DNA of 64,000 nt, taken from the NCBI RefSeq assembly GCF_006345805.1, contig NC_043004.1, forward strand, positions 59,210,001 through 59,274,000. Direction: 5' to 3'. Of this stretch, positions 53,904 through 64,000 are shown one piece after another. How positions within the stretch are numbered: position 1 is the stretch's first letter; the number at the start of each line of letters is the position of its first letter. Source of the DNA: Octopus sinensis. Lineage: Eukaryota. The translations under genes and the position numbers were made by a program. The notes under the pieces were generated by a model, which had not been told where the DNA came from, ran no database searches, and worked only from the letters and a program-made list of their open reading frames with translations.

Positions 53904-53937
<34 letters not shown>

Positions 53938-53940
<3 letters not shown>

Positions 53941-54517
53941 TCAGGTAGTTAGCGTGAAAAACCTCATGAGAGAAAAATTCGAAAATAATTTTTTCTTTTG
54001 AACATATTAATTTTTATTGTACAGAGGGCATTTTTACACATAAATGCCTCACACTAAGAGGGACATAAGTCATTACTACCAAAATTTCACTAATCATACC
54101 CAATGCAGTTTTTCAAAGCAAGACATTTAAAAAATGAATTTAGTTCTATATCACCTGTGATTTCACATTTACCGCATAAAAAATGCGTCTATGCTCATCA
54201 GTAGAACTGATTCTGAACACATCATAAATAAACGACCGACATCACCTGGCGAAGTCGAACAGACAACTGCTCTCTCCGGCGAAGCACATGGAGATGTTTA
54301 TAAATCATATATTCGGTAAATGGCGGGCTTTTTCGAACTGCATTTCGGTTAGGAAAAGTTTTTTCGGAATAAATTTAACAATTAAGGATAACTTCTTAAT
54401 AAGGAATCTTAACAAGAAATAATAAGATTAGTGAAATTTTGGTAGTAATGACTTATGTCCCTCTTAGTGTGAGGCATTTATGTGTAATAATGCCCTCTAT
54501 ACAATATAAATTAATAT
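53938..54517 (-). mobile_element. Hammerhead element (family H5) with a ~90-bp inverted repeat, between (TA)n arrays
   Basis: 54004-54095 pairs with 54426-54517. Confidence 0.8.
54142..54208 (-). ncRNA. Type I hammerhead motif H5
   Basis: agttcta-CTGATGA-gcat..cgcat(ttttt)atgcg..atgt-GAAA-tcac(ag)gtga-TA-tagaact; perfect 7-bp stem I. Confidence 0.8.
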
Positions 54518-54615
54518 ATATATATATATATATAATATATATATATTATATATATATTATATTATATATATATATATTATGTGTGTGTCTATATGTATAT
54601 CCATATATATATATA

Positions 54616-54648
<33 letters not shown>

Positions 54649-55124
54649 GCAGGACAATTGATATCATTTGAAAATGAAATAAAATACGTAGCCTTACACT
54701 GATCTTTACCTTTCGTCATCATTTCTCGCACTGATTAACCAGTGCGTTTAGTAACAACAAAAGTGCTTTAATTACACAAATATTTCCTTTGCTAATTTAC
54801 TGCCCATTTTCTACATCAGTGTATGATTAAACTATCCCTACGTAGCTGCAGCCCTTCCTATAATTGCTAATTTGCCGTCTTTATATTTCTGATCAATCCT
54901 GTTCTCTGGCTCTGTTCAATGGAATCATTACTGGCACTAATTATCTTCTGTTATTTCAATTATTGTGTGAGTTATGAACTCGGAAGCCAACACTCCAATG
55001 CCCGCAAAATTAAATGATAAAGACGCCGGCAACATTAGAAACAGCAACAAAAACTACCGCCTGAATTCGTCATCGATGTCGTCACCATCGTCCTTCTCCG
55101 CCTCTGCTTCTCTTTCCTTTACTA

Positions 55125-55129
55125 CTACG

Positions 55130-55176
<47 letters not shown>

Positions 55177-55182
55177 CACAAC

Positions 55183-55218
<36 letters not shown>

Positions 55219-55228
55219 CACCACCACC

Positions 55229-55269
<41 letters not shown>

Positions 55270-55335
55270 TGATAATAATAATAATAATAATACTAATGAT
55301 GATGTTGATGATGGCGATGGTAATAGTGATGATGC
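55125..55335. repeat. (ACT)/(ACC)/(TAA)/(GAT) compound microsatellite
   Basis: Seen directly; poly-Thr ORF 54974..55444 is an artefact. Confidence 0.95.
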
Positions 55336-55366
55336 GTATGCTACTGGTGTTGAGAGTGGTAATCCT

Positions 55367-56008
55367 TTCTACTCTAGGTACAAGGCCCGAATTTTTTGTG
55401 TAAGGGGCAAGTCGAATACATCGACACAAATGCTTGGTACTTAATTTAGCGACCCTAGAAATGATGAAAGGCAAATTGGACAAGGGCGGAATATGTACCC
55501 AGGACTTAAAGGGTAGGAAGAAATGCCGTTGGGCATTTTCTTCGACGCGCTATCGATACTGCAAACTTTCCACCTTAATGATAACAATCATAAGAATAAT
55601 AATGATGATGAACTAAAATTTTCGGACAAGGCCAGCAACTTCGATTACATTGGCTCCATATTTCAACTGACCCTAATTTTATCGATATCCGAAAGGATGA
55701 AAGGCAAAGTCGACGTCGGTGTAATTTGAAGCCAGATCGCAAAGAAGGACAAAGTGTAGCTAAGCATTTTCTGTCCGGCGCACTAATGATTCTTTTCTAC
55801 TCTAGGCACAAGGCCCGAAATTTTGGGAGAGGAGGCCTGTCAATTAGATCGACCCCAGTACGCAACCAGTACTTAATTTATTGATCCCAAAAGGATAAAA
55901 GCAATTTCAACTCAGGATAAAAGAATTTCAACTGAGAACGTAACTGCAGACGAAATATCGCTAAGCTTTTCGCCCGGCGCGCTAACGATTTTGCCTGCTC
56001 GCCGCCTT
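55367..56008 (-). mobile_element. Three consecutive diverged SINE family C copies
   Basis: Repeated ttctactctagg.acaaggccc and gaaaggatgaaaggcaa blocks. Confidence 0.7.
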
Positions 56009-56379
56009 CTTAATAATAATAACGACTGAGAAATGTTTGGAGATATTAAATAGTGCCTTGCTTAAGAAAATTCTTATTTGTAAGTATGAAATCATGGAAA
56101 ACTACACTGATGTTGAATAGTGAAAATGAATCTAAGTATGCTAGTGATGTAAAAATTTAATGTGGTATTTTCCAGCGTGACTATTTGTCACCACCCTTTT
56201 TTGTCTAGCCCGGACACCTCTTTCCAAATTCCTCAATGAAGCACAATGTGATTGTAAAATTTTGGATAAAATTATAAATCATATTTTTTACAAGGATGAT
56301 TTACAGATCCTTGCATAAAATGACCAGTAACTATGAGGCTTATAAACAGTTGTAAAACAGTTTATTGACGATGAAATTT

Positions 56380-57290
56380 GGCCTCGATATATGCGTAAAA
56401 GCGACCATTATCAGAAGGAAACTTGTAGAAACATTCAACGTTTAACGTGACCAACAAACTGTTATAAAGGCGTTAGAATTAGAGACGGGTTACTAATATT
56501 TAGGGGTATATGAATATGATGGAATCAAACCTTCGATGTTGAGGGAAAATGTCAGAAAAGAATGTTTTCACAGAGTAAGAGCAATACTGGAGACAGTGTT
56601 ACACGTAAGAAAACGGACTAAAGCCGTCAATACTTTAAGCCTTACCGGTCGTGACTTACAGTTTCAATATTATTAACTAGTTAAAAAATACTGAAAATTT
56701 TAAGTTTGATAGAAAAATTCGAATATTGTTGACAATGCACCAACCTAAGGCGGATGTGGAACGACTTTACTTGTCAAGAGAAGAGGTTGGTCGTGGGCTG
56801 TTACAACTCGAATTGACACGGAAAATTGCCACTATTTATTAGAAAATTTCTCTTGACTGGATGCTAAAACTTATCTTAAAGATCGAAAACAAGATGAATC
56901 TCGTATTTGTGTATGAAAATGGTATCACACTCATACGGAACTTTTTAGTTCAAACAGACGGGGAGGTAGATGCAAATATGTCAGGCATAATATTGAAGAA
57001 TTTCAATACAAAAATCATGCCTCCTCAATGATATGATTGCCCCAATAGAGATAAATGTATCTGTCAAGATCTACCAAACACTGAGCAAGTTCGAAGATCT
57101 TGAAATAGAAAGTGGCAAAATGTGGAAACTCAAGGCTAGAACAATACCTGTTTTCAAAGGTGTCCTCGAAATGGTAGCAAAAAGGTTTGTTACCTATCTC
57201 AAGTAACAGGAAATCTAAACAAGGAAGAAATAAAAAAAAATAGTGTTCCTAGGAACTGTTCATTCTACGAAAAATACTGTTTAGGTAGTT
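56380..57290 (+). mobile_element. Old R4/Dong-like LINE remnant
   Basis: MHQPKADVERLYLSREEVGRGLLQLEL parallels MHHPKSDIERLYIQRIEGGRGLIQLE. Confidence 0.7.
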
Positions 57291-57446
57291 CCCATAACAT
57301 TGTAATCTCTAAACATATCATCAAAAGTACATTTAATTGTACACAATAGCAAACATATTTTACTGCCATCATAAGTTCATACATGTCATCTTACGACCAA
57401 ACTACTTTTAAGACAAACTTTTAATTTTCTTATTCCCTAGAACAAT

Positions 57447-57661
57447 ACTCTTACTCTTTACTCTTTTACTTGTTTCAGTCATTTGACTGCGGCCATGCTG
57501 GAGCACCGCCTTTAGTCGAGCAAATCGACCCTGGGACTTATTCTTTGTAAGCCCAGTACTTATTCTATGGGTCTCTTTTTGCCGAACCGCTTGTGACGGG
57601 GACGTAAACACACCAGCATCGGTTGTCAAGCAATTCTAGGGGGACAAACACAGACACACAA

Positions 57662-57693
<32 letters not shown>

Positions 57694-57858
57694 GCGACAG
57701 GCTTCTTTCAGTTTCCGTCTACCAAATCCACTCACAAGGCATTGGTCGGCCCGAGGCTATAGCAGAAGACACTTGCCCAAGATGCCACGCAGTGGAACTG
57801 AACCCGGAACCATGTGGTTGGTTAGCAAGCTACTTACCACACAGCCACTCCTGCGCCT
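57447..57858 (-). mobile_element. SINE family A
   Basis: Full reverse copy. Confidence 0.85.
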
Positions 57859-58899
57859 ACAGGAATTTGCAAAAATCCAAAAACATTGCCGTTATCAACC
57901 ACCCTAGTTAGAAAACCGATTTGAACATCCAACCTGTTGTCTCTTGAGACCTCTGGATAAGACTGAGAGTCACCTTGTACAAACACAGAGCAACATCCAA
58001 TTATGATAGTAATAATGGTGTAGACACCGTTCATATTGAAAATTTTTTAAAGCAAAAGTATAGACGGTGAAGAGACTTGATTCTGATAATTCTTACGAGG
58101 CGGGTTTGTCTCGTCATGACTTTTAGAAAAATGGATATTTTTAATGAGATTTCCCTCGGATGGTGTAGATTACGAATTTAATATGAACGAAAATGGAGGG
58201 TTCTCATACATACATACTGGCACATATCACATATATTCACAAAATATAACTTGAAATTTCGATTAATATTGTGACTTGTGTCCGTATGTGTGAATGCCCA
58301 TTATTTTTTCACATTAAATTTTGATATAATCCTAATCTGCACACTCTGAAATGTATTCGTACAAACGTTCATGTACAAATACTCATTTGTCTAAAAGTTA
58401 TGAGAAAACATATGAGACAGATGCAACTTCTCCGCCTACTCTCGGAAATAAATTTTCCCAACAAGTTTCGATATAATCAACGCCTAGAACATCTGAAACG
58501 CATTTGTAAAAGAATTTGATTTTAAAAAGTTCATTTTCCTGAAAATTAAGGGAAGAAATATCAGTGGGGAGGTAGGCACGCTGGTTTAGTTATACCCAAA
58601 TATTTAACATACAGAAATTATTTTTGATACGACGAAATAAAAGGAAATAACAAAGACACAAAAAGCACAATGAAAAATACAAACAGGGAAATACTGACTG
58701 CTTCAAGAGACGCAGAATAGCGTTCAGTTGTGCAGCGGAAAGACGTAACAAACAAACATAAGATTACTGATAGAAAACATAAGGAGAGAAAATCAAGTAT
58801 GTTTATCAAATAGTTTACGCTTAATTTTATATACGGGAAATTCATTCTTGACTTCAATAATTCAGATATAAATAAATTACTATTCCCTTGCTTCCAGGA

Positions 58900-59330
58900 A
58901 CTGTATCAAGATGTTTGCATAGAAAATTATCATAGCCATTATGGTAGATAATGGCTAAATTATTTCCATAGGGGTGTGTAATTTACTCTGTTTATCAATG
59001 AGTCCCACTGCAAGCAATTGAGTATGTCATCAGCGTATATCTGTCATATATATAAGCCATTGTGTCATAAGCCATTGTGTTATTCGTCCTACAGCCTTTG
59101 TGATTTAGTAGTGATATTAACCACCAGAACCCGCTCTCCTCGCGCCACTTCATTACTAAACAACTTTTGTTCTCTAACTTCGATGCTAGAGCAATGATAA
59201 ACATTGTTTGCCTCGCAGGCATGGGTGTGTACGATCAGCTGGTCAATGGGAACAAGACACTACAGCACCATAGTCTTGAGATTCTACATTCCATTTCAGC
59301 TATTCCCCCTCCTATCAGTCTTTATTCAGA
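58900..59330 (-). mobile_element. Possible LINE RT remnant
   Basis: IYADDIL at 59020-59040 on the minus strand; surroundings heavily decayed. Confidence 0.35.
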
Positions 59331-59344
59331 TTCATTGAAAATAG

Positions 59345-59745
59345 GTGAATGCAGGCACACACACACGCGCATGCACGCTCACACACACACACACAAACAC
59401 ACATACACAGGAACAGACACAACGCGTGCACACAAACAAAGGTACACACACAAACACACACGCACACACAAACACACACATACGCGCACACACACAAGCA
59501 CACACGCACACACAGAAACACATACGCACACACAAACTCACCCCTACGCACACACAAACACACCCCTACGCACACACACACACAAGCACATACGCACACA
59601 CAGAAACACACACGCACACACAAACACACCCCTACGCACACACACAAACACGAGCAGACACAAACACACGTATACGCACACACACACAAGAACACACACG
59701 CACGCGCACACACACACACATACACACACACATACACACACAGGC
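59345..59745. repeat. (CA)-rich microsatellite with a recurrent acacccctacgcacacac unit
   Basis: Seen directly. Confidence 0.9.
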
Positions 59746-60157
59746 ACGAAGTCTCTCACGCAGACACAAATTACACCAATTTCCCTTTTGCTTTGGTGCT
59801 TCATGGAGATCCGATGGCGATGTCCGCTCCCATAACGGTGATAACGTTTATAAATAGTTGAAGAATCCCGTCATGTCCTCACAAGATTTATTTACGCGCA
59901 GACACATACATGTAAAGACCCACACCTATATGCGCATATCTACACACACGAATCCACGTACAATGACGTAACGATACATGTATATATACGAAAATGCATG
60001 CATGAATGTAAGAATGAATATGTTTGTATATACAACATATACATAAAAAACAAAGTAATAAAGGAAAGTGCGTGTATATATATATAAATACATATATACA
60101 TACATACATACATATATATATATATATACATATATACATATATATATACATATATAC

Positions 60158-60191
<34 letters not shown>

Positions 60192-60352
60192 GCATAAATA
60201 TATGTTTATATATATACATATATGTATATATACATACATATATGAATATATAATATATATATATATATAATAATAATAAATATTAGGGAATAAATCCAAA
60301 TTTAGAGGGAAAAATCAGATTTAGGATTGAATCCAATTTTATAGTAAAATAT

Positions 60353-60437
60353 TATATAATATTAATTAGAGACAAAACCACTATTTTGCAAATCAAACAA
60401 ATTTGTTTGATTTGCAAAATAGTGGTTTTGTCTCTAA

Positions 60438-60450
<13 letters not shown>
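60353..60450. repeat. Perfect 98-bp palindrome with no spacer
   Basis: Two 49-bp arms, centre 60401/60402, checked base by base. Confidence 0.95.
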
Positions 60451-60502
<52 letters not shown>

Positions 60503-60617
60503 TATATAGGGAGGAAAGAGAGAGAAAGCGGGATAAATTAATATAGAGACTTGTTTGTGTGTGTAATTACAGACATGCTCACTCACATAAATATAAGCCA
60601 GTGCATTCATAAGAATC

Positions 60618-61215
60618 CATTCTACTCCAGGCACAAGTCCTGAAATTGTGAATATGGGGCTAGTCGATTACATCGAGCCTAAATGAAAGGTAAAGCCGAC
60701 TTCGATGGAATTTGAACTCAGGACGTGAAGCGGACGATATGCTGCTACGCGTTTTGCTCGGCATTGTAACGATTCTACCAGCTCGTCACTTTACACTACA
60801 TTTATAATAATAATAATAATCTATTCTACCCTAGGCACAAAGCCTGAAATTTGGGGTGGGGGATAGTTGATTCCATCAACTCCAGTGCGCAACTGGTACT
60901 TATTTAATCGACCCCGATTGGATGAAAGGCAAAGTCGACATCGGCGGAATTTGAACACAGAACGTACGGCAGACGAAATACCTATTTCTTTACTACCCAC
61001 AAAGGGGCTAAACATTGAGAGGACAGACAAGGACAGATAAAGGGATTAAGTCGATTATATCGACCCCAGTGCGTAACTGGTACTTAATTTATCGACCCCG
61101 AAAGGATGAAAGGCAAAGTCGACCTCGGCGGAATTTGAACTCAGAACGTAACGGCAGACGAAATACCGCTAAGCGTTTCTCCCGGCGTGCTAACGATTGT
61201 ACCCGCTCGCCACCT
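60618..61215 (-). mobile_element. SINE family C: decayed copy plus tandem dimer (60822-61215)
   Basis: Junction gacgaaatacctatttctttactaccc as at 46893. Confidence 0.8.
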
Positions 61216-61303
61216 TACCGTACATTCATGATGATGATGATAATAATAATAATAATAATAATATAATAATAATAATATAATAATAATAATAATAATAATA
61301 ATG

Positions 61304-61382
<79 letters not shown>

Positions 61383-61393
61383 TAATAATAATA

Positions 61394-62304
61394 AGTGGGG
61401 GAGCATCATAGCCATGTGTTGAGAGGGATTCTTTGGGGTTTGAATAATTCACCTCTGGAAACATGGGTGGTTCTTTCAACATCCTTAAACAACCCTTATT
61501 CAGGGACCTTTTGAGCGGGATGGGCTACTCAACCTGAAGAAATTTCTAACTGGGCCCCACCTGCAAGGTCATGTGCTGTTTATCTTGATATGAGATCACC
61601 ATGTCGCGCACATATGGTTGTGATGCATGTGCCTGGTGTACCCTTATCAGACGGGTAGTCATGATGGGTATATTGGGCTTCGTATATTTTACCCCAGTGT
61701 CACTTTGATGGCATGAACTGCTCTTTCACTCAATAATAATAATAATAAATGCCCTGATGCAGTACCAGGCAGTGGCTCTCATGGCTTCTGATCTTAACTG
61801 ATTGGAAGTGTTATCATGTTCATTGTTTTGTCTTGGTATAAAAGATGGGCTACAGCAAATATTCTGCTCAATACCACAGATTTGCTTGTCAGTTGTTTGA
61901 CCTTAACCAATTGAGCATGTCCCTTAGTGGCTGACGATATGTGCATCTCTGATCACGAGCAGAAGTAGTGGGGGAGCATCATAGCCATGTGTTGAGAGGG
62001 ATTCTTTGGGGTTTTAATAGTTCACCTCTGGAAACATGGGTGGTTCTTTCAATATCCTTAAACAACCCTTATTCAGGGACCGTTTGAGCGGGATGGGCTA
62101 CTCAACCTGAAGAAAATTCTAACTGGGCCCCACCTGCAAGGTCATGTGCTGTTTATCTTGATATGAGATCACCATGTCGCGCACATATGGTTGTGATGCA
62201 TGTGCCTGGTGTACCTTTATCAGTCGGGTAGTCATGATGGTTATATTGGGCTTCGTATATTTTACCCCAGTGTCACTTTGATGGCATGAACTGCTCTCTC
62301 ACTC
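61394..62304. mobile_element. Non-coding (TAA)n-embedded element, 573-bp period (X-AAT-Y-X-AAT)
   Basis: X at 61394-61731 and 61967-62304 near-identical, both ending cactc-(aat)n. Confidence 0.8.
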
Positions 62305-62631
62305 AATAATAATAATAATGATAATAGGCATTTAAAGACCGACAACTATATTATGTACCTGATATATATGATATAGTACATTTGTGTGTGCTGGTAGATA
62401 TAGTGAGAGAACTTCGAAGGTTCGAACTTACTGTCAACCTTTTCCTTGTAAATAATAATAAACATGTACTCAACTGAAAATATTGAGTAACCTATCTCTT
62501 AAACATTTAAATGTTCAATAGTTCTCGTCACATATACAGACATATATACATATGTATGTATATATATATACATTCACACACACATATATGTATACATATA
62601 TATACACACACATATATCTATATATGTATAT

Positions 62632-63038
62632 ACTCTTTTACTCTTTTACTTGTTTCAGTCATTTGACTGCGGCAATGCTAAGGCACCGCCTTTTAGTCGA
62701 GCAACTTAAACCCGGGACTTATTCTTTGTAAGCCCAGTACTTATTCTATCGGTCTCTTTTGCCGAACCGCTAAGTGACGGGGACGTAAACACACACCAGC
62801 ATCGGTTGTCAAGCAATGCTAGGGGGACAATTACACACACACATACACACACACATATATATATATACATATATACGACAGGCTTCTTTCAGTTTCCGTC
62901 TACCAAATCCACTCACAAGGCATTGGTCGGCCCGGAGCTATAGCAGAAGACACTTGCCCAAGATGCCACACAGTGGGACTGAACCGGAACCATGTGGTTG
63001 GTTAGCAAGCTACTTACCACACCGCCACTCCTGCGCCT
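62632..63038 (-). mobile_element. SINE family A
   Basis: Full reverse copy. Confidence 0.85.
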
Positions 63039-63056
63039 ATGTGTGTGTGTGTCAGT

Positions 63057-63090
<34 letters not shown>

Positions 63091-64000
63091 GACAGTGCGT
63101 TGTGACTGCGCGCACGTTTGGGTGCGCGTGCGTGTCTCCTTTCATGCATGTATCCGTTCATCACTTTATTCGTCAGTTAAAAACGTACGATTGTTTGCGT
63201 GTGAGTGCGTGTGTGCATTTGGATGGGTGTACTCGACTATTTGTCTTGGTGCATATATATATGCGTGTGTTCCTGTGAAAATATGAATACTTATACCTAC
63301 TTGTTAAGTGCGCGTATAATCTAATGAGATATTTTTTGAGATATCACACCTCCAACGTGCTAGATACCAATGTGATTAAACCGTTCGATAGAACTGGTAA
63401 CTTTATTAGTCAATGTCTAGTCAACACAGCACTTTAGCAGTGCTAGCGACTTATCACCATTTTAACTGTGTCCGTAAGCGTATATCTGTGTAAAACATGT
63501 TTATATGAGAATATTTGTCTACGTACTTATATATGCATCTGTAAAAAGCAAGTTTATTTGCACGTGTCTGTATGTTCGTATGTGAATGTCTGCGTTGTAT
63601 GTTTGTAGATATGAATGGGTAAGTTTGCGAATAAGCGTTTATGTATACACCTGCGCATTTGTGTATACGCGTGTATGCATATTAGTGTGAATGTAAATAC
63701 ATATTTCATTAAGTGGAAAGAACATATAACACTTGGAGAGATGGTGTCGGTGATGGTATTACCGGAGGAGGATCTACTACGTGGACCAGGGCGGGTCTAC
63801 ATAGGTGATTCGATTTTGTCATCTCATAGAGATAAGTTATATCAGATATGTCGCTCAGTAGGTCATATGGGTCTGCTGTTGCCTATTAGACTGCACACAT
63901 ATTGGTGTTAACGAAATTGAAATCTATATTCTAACGATCACTCAAAACCTAAAGAAAAATTAGGTAGAAGGGGTTAAATACAAAACGTCTTAAGATCACA

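Overview
Eukaryotic, AT-rich, gene-poor window made almost entirely of transposable-element debris and microsatellites. The repeat repertoire looks like a coleoid cephalopod (Octopus-like) genome; this is inference, not shown by the sequence. No host protein-coding exon, rRNA, true tRNA or CRISPR array can be supported. Recognisable content: (TAA)n-embedded R4/Dong-type LINEs (RT + CCHC + restriction-like endonuclease; two young 5'-truncated copies at 8.9-10.6 kb and 33.0-35.8 kb plus older relatives), RTE, CR1 and Tx1 LINE remnants, two TIR-bounded mariner elements, mariner and maT remnants, and at least four tRNA-derived SINE families. The main signal is not in the ORF track. Hand folding finds ten type I hammerhead-ribozyme motifs from five unrelated non-coding repeat families, plus several half motifs. 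Each has a self-complementary stem III, whose palindrome differs between families. They sit in elements bounded by (TA)n or (TAA)n that repeatedly show partial-tandem and 5'-inverted (fold-back) architecture, with no Penelope ORF in the window. This is best read as a set of non-autonomous Penelope-like/retrozyme elements. One locus (43.5-45.1 kb) has two tandem ribozymes that could release a 559-nt monomer. Ribozyme activity is predicted from structure only.
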